DNA of 64,000 nt from Selaginella moellendorffii (GCF_000143415.4 NW_003314261.1:2491266-2555265), one strand, 5' to 3'. Shown: positions 1-11,501, counted from the first letter of the stretch. A program made the numbers and translations. The notes: a model not told the origin generated them from the sequence alone.

Positions 1-573
1 CCAACATCCGGATTCGCGATGCGGGTGAAGGCTTCGTAAGAGAGATCGAAGGAATTAGCGTGACAGCCCGGGCAGAGATCCACGACCCGGACGGTGACTG
101 TAGCGTCGTTCGACCGGCATCCTCCAGCGCCAGAGACCGCGCCCTTGCAAGTGATATCGAAGTAGGCGCCGCAGAGGCCATTGAAGATATCGGGGCTGGC
201 TGCCGCGATCAAATTTCCGGCTGGAAAGGGCCCGCGATCGAAGCCATAGCAAGCCGATGCTGTGATCACACACAAGGGGCAATCAATCAGTTGGTCGAGA
301 GGAAGAATTGATTGAGCGCTTTGAATCGAGGAACTCACGAACGTATTCCGTGTAGAACGTTGCCTCGCCATTTCCTCCTCCGCCGCCTCCGCTACACCAG
401 TTACACTGGCTTTGGCACCCATTGCCGCAGTAATCCGCGGAGCATCCACAGTAGCCCCATTGGCTGCAACACATGTTGTCTCCACAAGGGCGATTGCGAT
501 CACACTGCTGGGCGGTGGCCACCATAGCCGCCGCTACCAGCAGCGAGAGGAGGAAGATCAAACGAGGACTCAT
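1..573 (-). CDS. Secreted hevein (chitin-binding) domain fused to an EG45-like/plant natriuretic peptide-type DPBB domain; 3' end runs off the window
   Basis: Exon 1 (573-339): signal peptide, hevein motif [34 protein letters not shown], Gly linker, [14 protein letters not shown] intron 338-260. Exon 2 continues [40 protein letters not shown]...[33 protein letters not shown], the typical EG45-like pattern. Confidence 0.85.
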
Positions 574-780
574 ACTTTTTTAGCGAGGATAGACCGTGGA
601 TATGATTTATAATATGGATGTATGTAGCTAGGCTCGCAAAGTTGGAATAGAACTCTACAACCATATATATTAATCATTCCTCTTTGATTGAAAATTTCTT
701 TGGGCGGGAGTTCCGGCGATTATACACCGTGTTGTCCACCGTTGGATCAAGGGATTTAAAAGCTCGAGGAGAAACGAGGG

Positions 781-789
781 TTAGGGTTT
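781..789 (-). promoter_or_regulatory. Telo-box (AAACCCTAA) upstream of the snoRNA
   Basis: TTAGGGTTT at 781-789. Telo-boxes are typical of plant snoRNA and ribosome-biogenesis promoters. Confidence 0.5.
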
Positions 790-882
790 ATGCGCACCCA
801 AGTTCTACTGCAGCGTCGTCGTGCTCGCTTTGCGGCCGCGCCGAGGTACGCTGTGAGTTTTTATCAGTGCGTAGATTCACCG

Positions 883-949
883 TCGAGCCAGCTGCTTGAG
901 GCTGCGCCTTAGATCCATGGCGCTTTCTCCAATGATCTGGCTCACATTT
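883..949 (+). ncRNA. Box H/ACA snoRNA hairpin guiding pseudouridylation of 25S rRNA
   Basis: Lower stem GAGCCAG(885-891)/CTGGCTC(937-943); guides CTGCTT(892-897) and CAATGAT(930-936); upper stem GAGG..GCGCC/GGCGC..TCTC; ACA box at 944-946 followed by TTT. The guides are complementary to the conserved LSU rRNA sequence AUCAUUG-UG-AAGCAG, and the pocket-to-ACA spacing is the canonical 14 nt. Confidence 0.85.
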
Positions 950-991
950 CTTGCCGTAGATCGCTTTTATTACGAAGTCTTTGCTCGATCC

Positions 992-2155
992 CTATGGATT
1001 GCTTCTGTCCGTATTGTTTTCCTGCATTTCTTGCATTGCCCGTGACCGCAGCACTGCCTCCTGCTCGCTTTTTGGTAGAGCATTAAACATGAAGATAGAT
1101 TTGTCCCCAATGTCATCCTGGCAGTGGTTTTTTTCTTTAGAAGATTTGAAAGGAAGCAGAGAAGGTCTACCTTTATTGGTTGTGTGAATTTCCTGCCAGC
1201 GAAAACCGCAAAGAGACCCATCCAGGCCGCCAGTAGACCTTGCTTTACGTTGTCATCCATCGCTCCCGACTGATATGCCGCAATGAGTTTTTCTTATAAG
1301 AACTTTGTGCAGGCATGAAAATGGGATGCGTACCAGGTGACCCAAGAGCAAGGATGGTATCACGAAGAAGAGGAGTGCCGCCTCTAGTTTTCCATAGCAC
1401 AATCCTGACGAACGAGCCATAAGTGGTGGTGAGTTCCATTTTTTTTTTCTTTCTGAAAGGAGAGCTCAGTGTTACCTTCTTTGAAAACCAGGCCTGTGAG
1501 TGCTGCAAAGAGAGGCCCGACTGCCCAAACCGCAGCGGGATTCTCCACAACGAATTCCACCAGACCCCTGTCAGCTGGAGTGGCGAAGTTGGATGCTACA
1601 AGTATAGAACCAGCCACTCCGACTGTCCATAGGACTTGCAACGCTCGCTTCAGTGGAGTGACGTAGATGTGTATGAGCAGCAGGGACACCCCGAGTGACC
1701 CGGCTCCAATCGAAAAAAGTAAGTCTTGATAAGTTGAGATCACAGACTTGACAACATTGTCTTCCGGTAGGAACGCCGTAGACGCTACCGCGACAAATGT
1801 AGCTGCCGATGTTACTAGACCAGCTCTGTACAAGAAGACCTGGAGACACAAGGAAATCATGTCACAGTCCACAACGGGTAAAAGTCGGTGGTGATGGAAG
1901 TAAGTGACACCAAATCTCAAGAAAAAGGACGATGGTCGACGAAGATTCAGGCATTACCTCGCGCACGTCGGTCGAATCAATCGACCAGGGGCCGTAGACA
2001 CCATTATAGACCTGAACAGCATCGGTCTTGGACGACGAACTCTGGGCTTTACACAGGAGAATTCTGGGACCTCTCCTCTTGGCAGAGAAGGATCGTATGG
2101 AACGAGGAGCTGTTGCCGATAGAAGTAAAGGCAGAGAGGACAACAAGAGCGCCAT
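992..2155 (-). CDS. DUF2301 integral membrane protein with probable plastid transit peptide (5 exons)
   Basis: YNGVYGPWSIDSTDVREV / FLYRAGLV...IHIYVTPLKRALQVLW...FAALTGLVFKEG / ...FAGRKFTQPIK / DDIGDKSIFMFNAL, with a TAG stop at 992-994. Confidence 0.88.
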
Positions 2156-2924
2156 AGCCAGTGAGATATTATATACCTACACAACAAGAACGGCTCCAAC
2201 TGGATGATTAAAGTAATCACTCCACGCAAGCGGCAAAGCGTAAGTTTCCTTCGTTTTTATCTTTATTCCTCCTTGTTTTGATTCCATTTTGCTTTTCCTG
2301 GTTTGACATAGGATCCATTCAATTTGGCTGTCAATATCTACATCTCTATTTTGCGATGTCTGGCATCTTCTGCAGCATTTACTCTTCCTTTTTAGCTAGG
2401 AGAAGCTCCCTCTTTTAAACCTCACTCACTCGCGTTCTGTTTTTTTCCTTGGAGTTTTTTACTCGCAGGTTCGGATATGGATCCGTGATGCAGCAAGATG
2501 CGTCGCTGCGTGCAAGAGCATCGTCACGGTGGTACAATCAACAATGAAAAAAACACCAAGAAAAAGCGTGGCAGGAGAAAGAGGGTGCTAGTGGGTCCTT
2601 GGCTTTGTGCTACAGCAAGAAACAACAACACAGCTCCTTCGGTTTCCCAGTCGCTTCCGTATGGCAAAGAAGCTCCTTTCCCTGCATCACCGACTAGGTG
2701 GAGACGCGAAAGCACCAATAAATGGATCCCTACTTGGGTAAGCAGGTTTCTCAACTTCCTTGGCAAGATTTTGGTGAATTCGTCGTGCTGTGCATCAGAT
2801 TCAGCAGATAAGTTAAACGGAGTAGTAGGGGAAGATGAATTTGGGAGACCCCAAGAGGCAAGGAAGGCTCAGGTACTATAGAAGATAGGAATTTTGTGCG
2901 AGAAAACAGGAAGCTTTGTCGACC

Positions 2925-5729
2925 ATGGGGTGTGCTACATCAAAGATCGAGAATGAAGAGGTCGTGGCACTTTGTAGCAGTCGTAAAAGGCACGTGAAAG
3001 AAGCTGTGAGCGCTCGTCACAATTTTGCAGCGGCTTTTTCGAACTACGTAATTGCTCTCAAGACAATCGGCTCCGCCTTCAGCCAGTTCAAGGAGGCTGA
3101 GTTCCAGGACACGGCCTCGCCAACGTTTGCTTCGTCCACTCCTATGACAACCGCAACGCCTATGAAGCCTGCAAAACCTCCTCCACTTCCTCCGCTGTAC
3201 GGGCCTTCGGCAACGTCTCAGCAGAAGAATTCACCGTCACCCATGGTGCTGAATCCGATGAAGAGAACTGTCAGCTTGCCACCGATGAACTTCGAGAGGA
3301 AGAAAACCTCAGCAGCGGTGCCAAAGAACGCCGACAACTCGTCAACTCCACCGGTGAAGGCTGCTCGAAGCAGCAGCAGCAGCACGATTAAGAAAAAGAA
3401 GGAAGTTTCTCCATCTCCATCACCATCGCCTGAGCCGGAACTTCGTGAGCAACAAGCAAGTTCCGTGATGGAAGAGGAGTTGACGGAGCCGCAGAAAGAC
3501 GTGAAGGAGTCTTCAAGTGTGGAGAACAACGTTAAAGTGTCGAGTGAAGATGAAGATGACTGGGTTCCACCTCCGCCACCTCCTCCAGTTCCTTCCAGCA
3601 AGGCACCTCCGCCACCACCGCCACCTCCGAGCTCGTCCTGGATGTCTGATCTGTTTGAGTTTTCGCACTCAGCCGTGCCGTTGCCAAGATCAGACGACAA
3701 CGAAGAAGAATTCGATGGCGAAGATCGACGTAAGCAACAGCAACTCGAAGAGGAGAAGCGTCGGAAGCTTCAAGAGGAGGAAGAAAAAGAAGCTCAGGTA
3801 ATTAGTGCGAAGCATGCACGGCAAGCTAACTAATGTCCGCTTTTTTGTTCTTTTTGTGACCAGCGAAAGGAAGAAGAGGAAAGAAAATTGAAGCTGCAAC
3901 AGCAGCAGGAGATGGAACTGAAGCAAAAGCAGCAAGAACAAATGCACAGACTGCCCTCAACTGTGGATGAAGGGGACGAGGATGAAGACGAGGAGGAAGA
4001 AGAACAAGACGAGGACGAATTGGATGAAGAGGAGGAAGAAGAGGAAGATGGTGAAGAGGAGGAGGAAACCGAGGAGGCTGAGCCTGAGGAAGAACCAGCG
4101 AAAAAAACTGTGAGCTATGACCTGCCAAAGTCCGACTTGAGCATTGTGACGTCTTCAAAACGAGGAGGCAACGGTGAGCTAGTTGCTGTGCTCAAGCGCA
4201 TTGTGGAACCTTTCGAGGTGGCTTATGAAAGTGGAAGGCATGTGGCTTCGATGCTCGAGGCGCAGCGTGTTTCCTTCCATCCAAATTTCATTGATGGCAG
4301 ATGTAAGTTCTTCTCTTTCTTTTTTTTTTTTTGGTTCGTTTTGGTTCTGCTTTTCTAATAACAGCGGTTTTGTGTTTGTAGCTGATGAAACTCATGCAAA
4401 GAAGGTTTTGAGAGCTATTTCTTGGAGCAGCAGCAATTCCTCTTTGGCCAGAGCGGCAGCAGAGCAGTCGGTATTCGATGATGAAAGTGGTGACGCGACT
4501 GGAACCCACGCCTCCACTTTAGATCGATTGCTTGCATGGGAGAAGAAGCTGTACGACGAAGTCAAGGTCTAGTTCTCCCTTTTCAAATTATGAAAGCGCG
4601 TCTCTTTAACTCTTTTCTTTCTTCCCCTTTAGAGAGCTGAAGGCCTGCGCGTAGAGCTCGAGAAGAAGAACACTTGGATACAAAAGGAGGAATCTAGAGG
4701 AGGAAATGCCGAAGCGATCGAAAAGGCAAAAGCAGCGGAGAAATTGCTGCACACCCGTCATGTCGTTGCAATGCAAGGCGTGGACACGGCTCGCAACGCC
4801 GTGCTCAGGCTCCGGGACTCGGAACTGTATCCACAACTTCTGGAGCTCCTCAAAGGGTACGCAAACTAGCTATAAAGTTTCGTAGAGCTAAGCTAACCTT
4901 CAAAAGAAACAAAACAGGCTGTACGAGATGTGGAAGAAAACTCACGAATGCCACGAAGAACAGTACAAGGCAGTGGCGGAGATGAAGAAGCTCGACTGCT
5001 CGGACGTGGTGGAGTCGACCAACAGCCTCCACAAGGTGGCGACCGAGCAGCTCAAGGTGGCGCTCAGCCGCTGGCACCAGTACTTCGGCTCGGTGGTGAG
5101 CAGCCACAAAGTCTTCATGCAACAGCTCAACGTGTACGTCAAGGTGAGCGTCAAGTCAGTGGAGCTGGACAAGGGGATCTTCCACGCTGCGTCGCCCAAG
5201 CCCATCTCCACCCTGTGCCACGAGTGGCAAATGGCGCTGGACAGGCTCCCGGACAGGAGCGCGCTCGAGGCCATCAACACGTTCGTGGCGGACCTCCAGC
5301 TGATCGTGGACATGCAAAAGGAGGAGTCGCGGCACAGGAAGAAGGTGGAGGCGCTGGAGAAGGAGGTGAAGGCGCGGGAGATTTACGTGGAGAAGTACGA
5401 GAGGAAGCACGTCAGGAGCGCGGCGGTGAGCCGGACTGTGAGCACGGACGAGAACGGGGAGGTGCCGGTGGAGGTGGTCCGTGGGGGGAGCAACGCGCGG
5501 AGCGTCGCCATGACGGAGAAGAGAGCGCAGCTGGAGGTGCTCAAGAGGAGGCGGGACGAGGAGAGGGAGAAGGCCGAGGAGCTCGGGGAGAGGTCCAAGG
5601 CCAAGACGATTAGCAGCCTGGAGCTTGGGCTGCCGAGCATCTTCTACGCCGCCAGGGCCTTCTCCAAGCAGTGCTTCGAGGCTCACGAGCGATTGCAGGG
5701 GCTGGCAAACAGTAGCATGATCATGGACA

Positions 5730-5734
<5 letters not shown>
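2925..5734 (+). CDS. DUF630/DUF632 protein (NRG2/APSR1/REL2 family)
   Basis: N-terminal MGCATSKIENEEVVALCSSRKRHVKEAVSARHNFAAA (DUF630), a Pro/acidic linker, then HASTLDRLLAWEKKLYDEVK, LRDSELYPQLLELLKG and MWKKTHECHEEQ (DUF632); GT-AG introns. Confidence 0.93.

Positions 5735-5766
<32 letters not shown>
5733..5766. repeat. (GA)17 microsatellite beginning in the stop codon
   Basis: Directly visible. Confidence 0.95.
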
Positions 5767-5769
<3 letters not shown>

Positions 5770-6130
5770 ACAAACAAAGAGATTGATTCTTCTTTCTTCT
5801 TTTTAGTCGTTCTTCTTTTCAGCGAGGCCTAATGCACGCCAGCAGATGCCAAGTCGGGGAAATTTTGAGATCATTGTAGTTCTAAACTTTCATGTGTAGA
5901 AACTAATGCACTGTAATTTCTCGAGAATCTGGAAAGCTTACGTGAAATTAAAGTTCTTGAATCCTTTGCCTAGTGAAGAAATGCCAAGAAAAAGTTATGA
6001 AAACTTACTGCGGCTCTTAGAAGAGAAAAATGATCTGCGGAGAATTTACGTGAAATTTACGAACAGTTTACAAGAAGAAATCGCCAAGGAAAAAGGAAAA
6101 AAAAAATTTAATGGATCCAGTGTTTGTTCT

Positions 6131-6658
6131 TCAAAGGTCGCTTGTTTCTGTGCGAAGAGAGCCTACTCGCTCCAGATGGTACTTCCTGGTGACATAGATG
6201 TAGGAGCCAGCGATGAGCAAGAGGACGGCGACTATGCAAGCAAACACCACACCCGCGATTATCCCTTCTTGCTTCCCTCCTCCGTGTCTTCTCGCCGATA
6301 TCGCTTGCATCAAAGGAGAGATTTCCTCCACACCATCGCCATCGCCTCTGCCATCACCGTCTTCACTACCTCCTGGATCTGATCGAGCTCGCGGAGGCTT
6401 TGGACGAGAAGTCACGGGAGCTTGAGACTTCGGATGAGCTGGAGCTGGAGCTGGAGATGGAGATGAGAGAACTCTCAAGCCCGCGCTGGAAGGAGAGATA
6501 AGATGCCAGTGATTTCTCCTGCCAGCAACTGGCGAAATCAAGGAAGAAAAAGACGAAGACGAAGACGAAGGAGATCGGTGGCCTGCTGCGGCTGCAATCA
6601 CGCTCCATCGAGGCGAATCAATCAAGAGAGCCAGCACCAGCATGATCAAAGTTGTCAT
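6131..6658 (-). CDS. Single-pass type I membrane protein with Ser/Pro-rich (AGP-like) ectodomain
   Basis: Intronless 175-aa ORF: signal peptide, SPSPAPAPA, TM helix GIIAGVVFACIVAVLLLIAGSYIYV, basic stop-transfer TRK. Confidence 0.7.
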   Translation of the reverse strand: MTTLIMLVLALLIDSPRWSVIAAAAGHRSPSSSSSSFSSLISPVAGRRNHWHLISPSSAGLRVLSSPSPAPAPAHPKSQAPVTSRPKPPRARSDPGGSEDGDGRGDGDGVEEISPLMQAISARRHGGGKQEGIIAGVVFACIVAVLLLIAGSYIYVTRKYHLERVGSLRTETSDL

Positions 6659-7557
6659 GATATATCCTCTCGCGCTCCCTGCTGGGACGATAAGATCTCG
6701 ATCGGCCTATAAGAATGATCACTCGTATCGATCTGACAATGAAAGACGGGCGCTAGTCGCGTATCAAGATCAGCGCGATGGATACGAAATGGAGTGGGAT
6801 GGAGTGCCAGCAAGAGCGACACAACCACAGAATCGCCGTAGAGCGGAAGCTCTAATCAGTCGAATGACGGCAAAACGACTGTGAAGTGGTGGTAAAGAGA
6901 CGCAAGACAATGTCTGCGTGGGGTGCCTTCGTCAACGGTGGGTCAATGCGAGAAGATGCAATTGACACTTCTAGAATGAAGAACAAGTGTCCTGCTTTGC
7001 ATTTCGTCAACACCGGTCGCATTCAAGAACCTAATTTCTCCCTCCTTTTTGGCTTTTGTCTATGGAAGACTGATCCAACGCTGCATGTATTTAAGTTTCC
7101 ACTCGGAGATTTGAAGTTTGCTGCTATTGTCTTTAGATTACTGTATAGTAGGACTGACTAGAAAATCCACAAAGTCTGAGACTTCTCTATTATATACTTG
7201 TCTGACAAATGTTATGAAATTTTGAGCTGTGCTGCTGCTCGTGATTGATGGCGCAACTTTCAGACCAAGAAAAAACAACTGAGAATCAAAAGAGAATGTT
7301 CAGCAAATTTCATTCTCCTGGCTATGCTATCAAGAGCACCTTCCACTTTGTTTTATTATCTCTAAAGCATTAATACAGGTTTGTCTTAATATAAAATTTA
7401 TATCTCTAAAATACTTGGGGCAATTTGTTAAAGGAAAACAAGACCAGACTCTTACAACAATTTGTAAACAACTGAGATGTAAGCCCTCTGGTTTTAAAAA
7501 TGTTTTATTTTATTAGAAGAAAAGAATTTGTTCCTAGGCAGACAAAAAAAGCGCGTT

Positions 7558-8166
7558 TCAAAGGCTGGGCAAGTATCTCCTTACAATGTGCTTCCCTGCC
7601 ACAACGCTCCCCGCCGCAATCCCCCCGAGCGCCCCAGCTATGGCCGCCGTCCTCGGCCCCGCCGCCGCCTTGTAGAGCGCCCCAGTCGCCAGCCCCGCCA
7701 GCACCGGGTTGAGTATATCATCCGCCCCTCGCAAGTACCACGTCCCACTCTCCACGCCCGCGTACAAGAGCCCCAGCACGCCAACCTTGTTCCCGATGCT
7801 CCTCCCCGTGTGCCCGGACGCGTTTAGAACCCGGTTGAGCCTCAGCTTGGTGGTATCGTCCACCTCCCTCGACCTTATTCCATCAAAGATCCCCTTGGCT
7901 CCGCCCAGCACAGCGCCGCCAAGGTATCCCACCCCCGTGTAGTACTGGATATTCTCGCCCAGGGACCGCCGCTGGAACGCCGCCTCCTCCGTGAAGAGGA
8001 ACTCGGGCGCGCTGGGCAGCCGGTAGAGATCAGCGGCGCCGCTGCTGGCGCCGCCACTGGTGCCGTAGAAATCGTAGGGATTGTAGAGCCGGATTTCCTT
8101 CTCGGCGCCGAATTTCCTCTCCTGTGCGCTGGCGCTGCTGCTGCTGCTGCTGCTGCTGCTCATCAT
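7558..8166 (-). CDS. TIM23: Mitochondrial inner membrane translocase TIM23
   Basis: RLYNPY...LYRLPSAPEFLFTEEA...YYTGVGYLGG...KLRLNRVLNASGHTGRSIGNKVGVLGLLYAGVES...AGLATGALYKAAAGPR. First ATG at 8166. Confidence 0.93.
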   Translation of the reverse strand: MMSSSSSSSSSASAQERKFGAEKEIRLYNPYDFYGTSGGASSGAADLYRLPSAPEFLFTEEAAFQRRSLGENIQYYTGVGYLGGAVLGGAKGIFDGIRSREVDDTTKLRLNRVLNASGHTGRSIGNKVGVLGLLYAGVESGTWYLRGADDILNPVLAGLATGALYKAAAGPRTAAIAGALGGIAAGSVVAGKHIVRRYLPSL

Positions 8167-8353
8167 CTTGACTTCCTTTGAAAATTTTGATCGATCGTAC
8201 CGATCGATCTGCCGCTCCTGCTGGGATTGTGGAGACTCACCTCTGCGCCCCCGCGCCTCCGCCCTTGACAAACCCTAAACGTGGAAATAAAAGAAACGGA
8301 TGGAATCTTTCCTTTTGGGCATCATGCGGATATTCGGATCCGACGGTTGGAAT

Positions 8354-10233
8354 TCAAACGGGAGATCCAGCGGCTGTGAGCTGCAGAAAGTAAAGATCAA
8401 GCGATCGTCTCGTGTTTTCTGGATGTTCTACCTCGTTGATTCTCACGAGCAGTGATTTTCTTTGCGCCTCTTCGGCCGAGAGCCGACGATACAGCGCCTG
8501 GATGAGCTCTTTATCGTTTCTTGACGAGGTAATGGCTCGTCTCTCCTCGTTTAATTGGTTTTTCTCGGCTGGACGCAGGAAGTTTTCTTGTTAATCCTCC
8601 AGATTCTTAGCAATTCTCCCTCTACAACTTGAAAATGCTTACCTTCCAGTGTTGAGCGTTCCATTAACAGCTTTTCGCGAAGGCTCTGGTATTCCTTTTC
8701 AAGTTGGTTTTTTCTCCTGAATAAAACCGATAATGTTGAAATTAGAAAAGACGATAAAGTCTGCTTACATTGCAAGAACTTCTTCTGCCTGGGAGTGAAG
8801 AAACTCCTTGAGATGGTTTGCGTCTTCTTCCCGGACCTTCACTTGCATTTCCCTTGCTTGCAAAGCCTCCTCTCTTCTCTGCCAGCCTCTCTCCTGCGAT
8901 CCACGGCAGCCAGCGTAAAAAAAGCAGTGATCCATTCGTCACGCTACCTGAACTTCGGTGTCGAGTTTGAGCTTATCAGTGCGCGTACGAATATCTTCTG
9001 TGGTCTCTAGAGCTCGTTGGCGCTGTTGATAGGCCAAGAACTCAACTTCCTGGAGAGAACTTGGAAGAGGTAAGCGCTGGGAAGTCGAGTTTTGCAATTT
9101 ACTCTCTGCTTGGCTTGAAACCTCTCCTCGAGCGTCGCCTCTTGTTGAGCCAATTGCTCCCGCAGCGTCCTTTGCATGTCATCCAAGTCCTTTCGAGCAC
9201 TAGCTAGCTGCCTGAACAAGTCGAAGCAGTGAAACTTAAGTTGGAGTGGCGGAAAGAAGAATACCATACCGACGGTATGAAGCAGCTTCATCCATCCTGG
9301 CTTGTGCAACTTCGACCTCGCGAATTCTTTTCACCTGTGTATGTAAAACGCCGAAGCTCGCAAGCCACCAACGGGGAAGGAAGAGAAGAAATTACCTGAG
9401 CATCAACTTCAGCTCGTACTTGGTTGTCAAAATCTCGGTGCAGTTTTGTCACTCGCTCCTCTGCAGTCCTTGACGAGCTAAGCTGTTGTTCTTTCTCCAG
9501 CTTCTTTTTGAAAGCGTCGTCGATCTCCTTGAGCCAGGCATCTAAATTGTTTCATCAGAGGAATCAAAGAAGTTCTTTTGACAAACCGAGCTTCTTGGGA
9601 CCAATCTCCTCAGTTTGGGTCGAGGAATCTCGAGTACTTGCAGAGGAAAGAAAATGCTGGACAATGGCGATCAACTGCTGTGCAAGACAGCTGCGTTCCC
9701 CCGAGACCTGGAAGAAATCGAAACATAAACTCGAAAGCCAAGATCAAGCGCAAAGAGTTCTCAAAGCTAAAGAGGAAGTAGCGAAACTCGCCAAGGAGGC
9801 AAAGGACGTACCTCTTTTGTGATCCAGAATGGTGCTAGATCGAGACGAAGGATTTGCACCACTTCATCGCGCGAGAATGGTGGCCAAGAGTCCAATTGGC
9901 TCTCCGGGAAGAACACCGACTGGGTGAACTTAAAGCCGTAGGCCTCGAGATACTCCACAAACGTGCTCGCTAAGATCCGATCCTGGAGCGATGGCCTTGC
10001 CCGCATCGACGGATCAAACAGCGAATGGTCGTCTCCCCGGAGCTTGTGAATCAATGCCGATCGCAGCTGGCTCTAGAGAAAGAGAAAAGGAAAACCACAA
10101 AGAATGCGGGCATTTTAGCCATCGAAATCGTGGCGATCAGCGTGACAAGAACCTTGACGCGCCCGAGAATCCCAGCGGATTGAAAGGACAAGAAGAGCTG
10201 CTCTTTGAGTTCTTCAGCTGACAAGGGCTCCAT
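8354..10233 (-). CDS. OFD1: OFD1-like centriole/basal body protein (N-terminal LisH/TOF region plus long coiled coil), multi-exon
   Basis: MEPLSAEELKEQLFLSFQSAGILGRVK/SQLRSALIHKL...VEYLEAYGFKFTQSVFFPESQL resembles the OFD1 N-terminus as recalled. Later exons (VKRIREVEVAQARMDEA, EVEFLAYQQRQRAL) resemble the OFD1 coiled coil. Stop inferred at 8354-8356. Confidence 0.78.
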
Positions 10234-10287
10234 TTTTAGGGTTCTTCCCTGTGTTTTTAGGGTTCTTACAATTTCTCTGTGCGAGAA

Positions 10288-11430
10288 ATGGACGCGACCA
10301 GGAAGGCGATGTTCCGGTCGCGGCTGCGGCAGGCGGCGGAGCGCAAGGAGAAGATCGATTCACCTCTGGCTAGGTACGAAATCATTGAGAAAGAGCGAGT
10401 ATCTAGGTGATTTTCTTTCTTTCTCAGGTACAATGATCTCGGGCAGCTTGTTTGTAAAGTCTGTAACATATCGATCAAGACGGAGGCTCTTTGGGGAGCT
10501 CATCTCGCATCTCAACAGCACAAAGAAGTAAGCCGAGAGAGAAATTTCTTTCGCGTTTTAGCGTAAGTAAGTTTCTCACTGTGCAGGGTGGCTGAGAGTG
10601 GGAAAAAAATTCCTTTTCTTCTGCAGGCTGCCGATGAGTTGAAAGAGCGAGCAAAGCGATTGAAAGCCGCTGCTGCTGCTGCCGAGCCAACTCGATCGAC
10701 CTCAGTAGCGCAAAAATCCGAGCAAAATGGGAATAAATCCGAGGCAGTAAAAGGTGACTCTCAGCGAGGTGAGACAAGTCTAGTTGTGATCTTTTGATGC
10801 CGTGACTGAGAGATAGCTAACTTTGCAGCCGATTCTAACCGGAAACCAAGCAATGGTGAAGCTCCTCCTGCTCAAAGCAAGGATAGGACTGGACCCTTGC
10901 CTGAAGGCTTCTTTGACAATGCGGCCGCGGACATGAAGGCCCGAGGAGTAGAAGCGCCTAAGATCAACATGCAGTACGTCTTTGCCAGGTTTTGGGTGTG
11001 GAGCTAAAAGGTTTTTGCGTCTAGGGAGGAGCTGGACCATTTCCACAAGCTTATAGAGGAGGATGTCAAGGCAGTCGATGATAGGCACCGGGAAGAGGAG
11101 GTACGTATTCTTCTGTGTGGATTTCTCTTTCGCTGATAGATTTATCCAGGTTGAAGCAGCGGAAATCCGACACGAGGAAGAAGAAATTGAGCAAAGGTAG
11201 AGCTAGACTCTTGCTCTGGGTTTTCACAGCTCTGATTTTCTTTCTCTCTGTTTTTTTCCAGCCTTTGTGTGGAACGCGTTGAGATGCTTAAGAAACGAAA
11301 GCTTGAGTTACGCGACGAGACCAAGCCGGGAGACTCAAAGTCAAAGAAGCCAGAGAACTTACTTGACGAATTATCAAGCGATGACGAGAGCGACGAAGAA
11401 CCGGTTTTGGATTGGCGAGGTAGACGCTAA
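10288..11430 (+). CDS. ZNF830/CCDC16-like C2H2 zinc finger splicing-associated protein
   Basis: MDATRKAMFRSRLR...KIDSPLARYNDLGQLVCKVCNISIKTEALWGAHLASQQH; GPLPEGFFDN; acidic C-terminus ending DWRGRR*. Confidence 0.88.
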
Positions 11431-11501
11431 GCCCCAAGATCAAACTCGTTAGCAAGTATGCTCCAAGATCAAACTCGTTACCAAGTAACTTACAAATTGC
11501 T

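Noticed and set aside
3218-5773. Long antisense or alternative-frame ORFs over the DUF630/632 gene (e.g. 3218-3700, 4930-5613, 5156-5773)
   Set aside because: Shadow ORFs of GC3-rich, low-complexity coding sequence with no independent motifs. The same applies to the shadow ORFs over the KH, kinase, OPT and QS genes.
8167-8271. N-terminal extension of TIM23 in the ORF track
   Set aside because: It begins at a non-ATG codon and spans a likely 5' UTR intron donor. The first ATG is at 8166.
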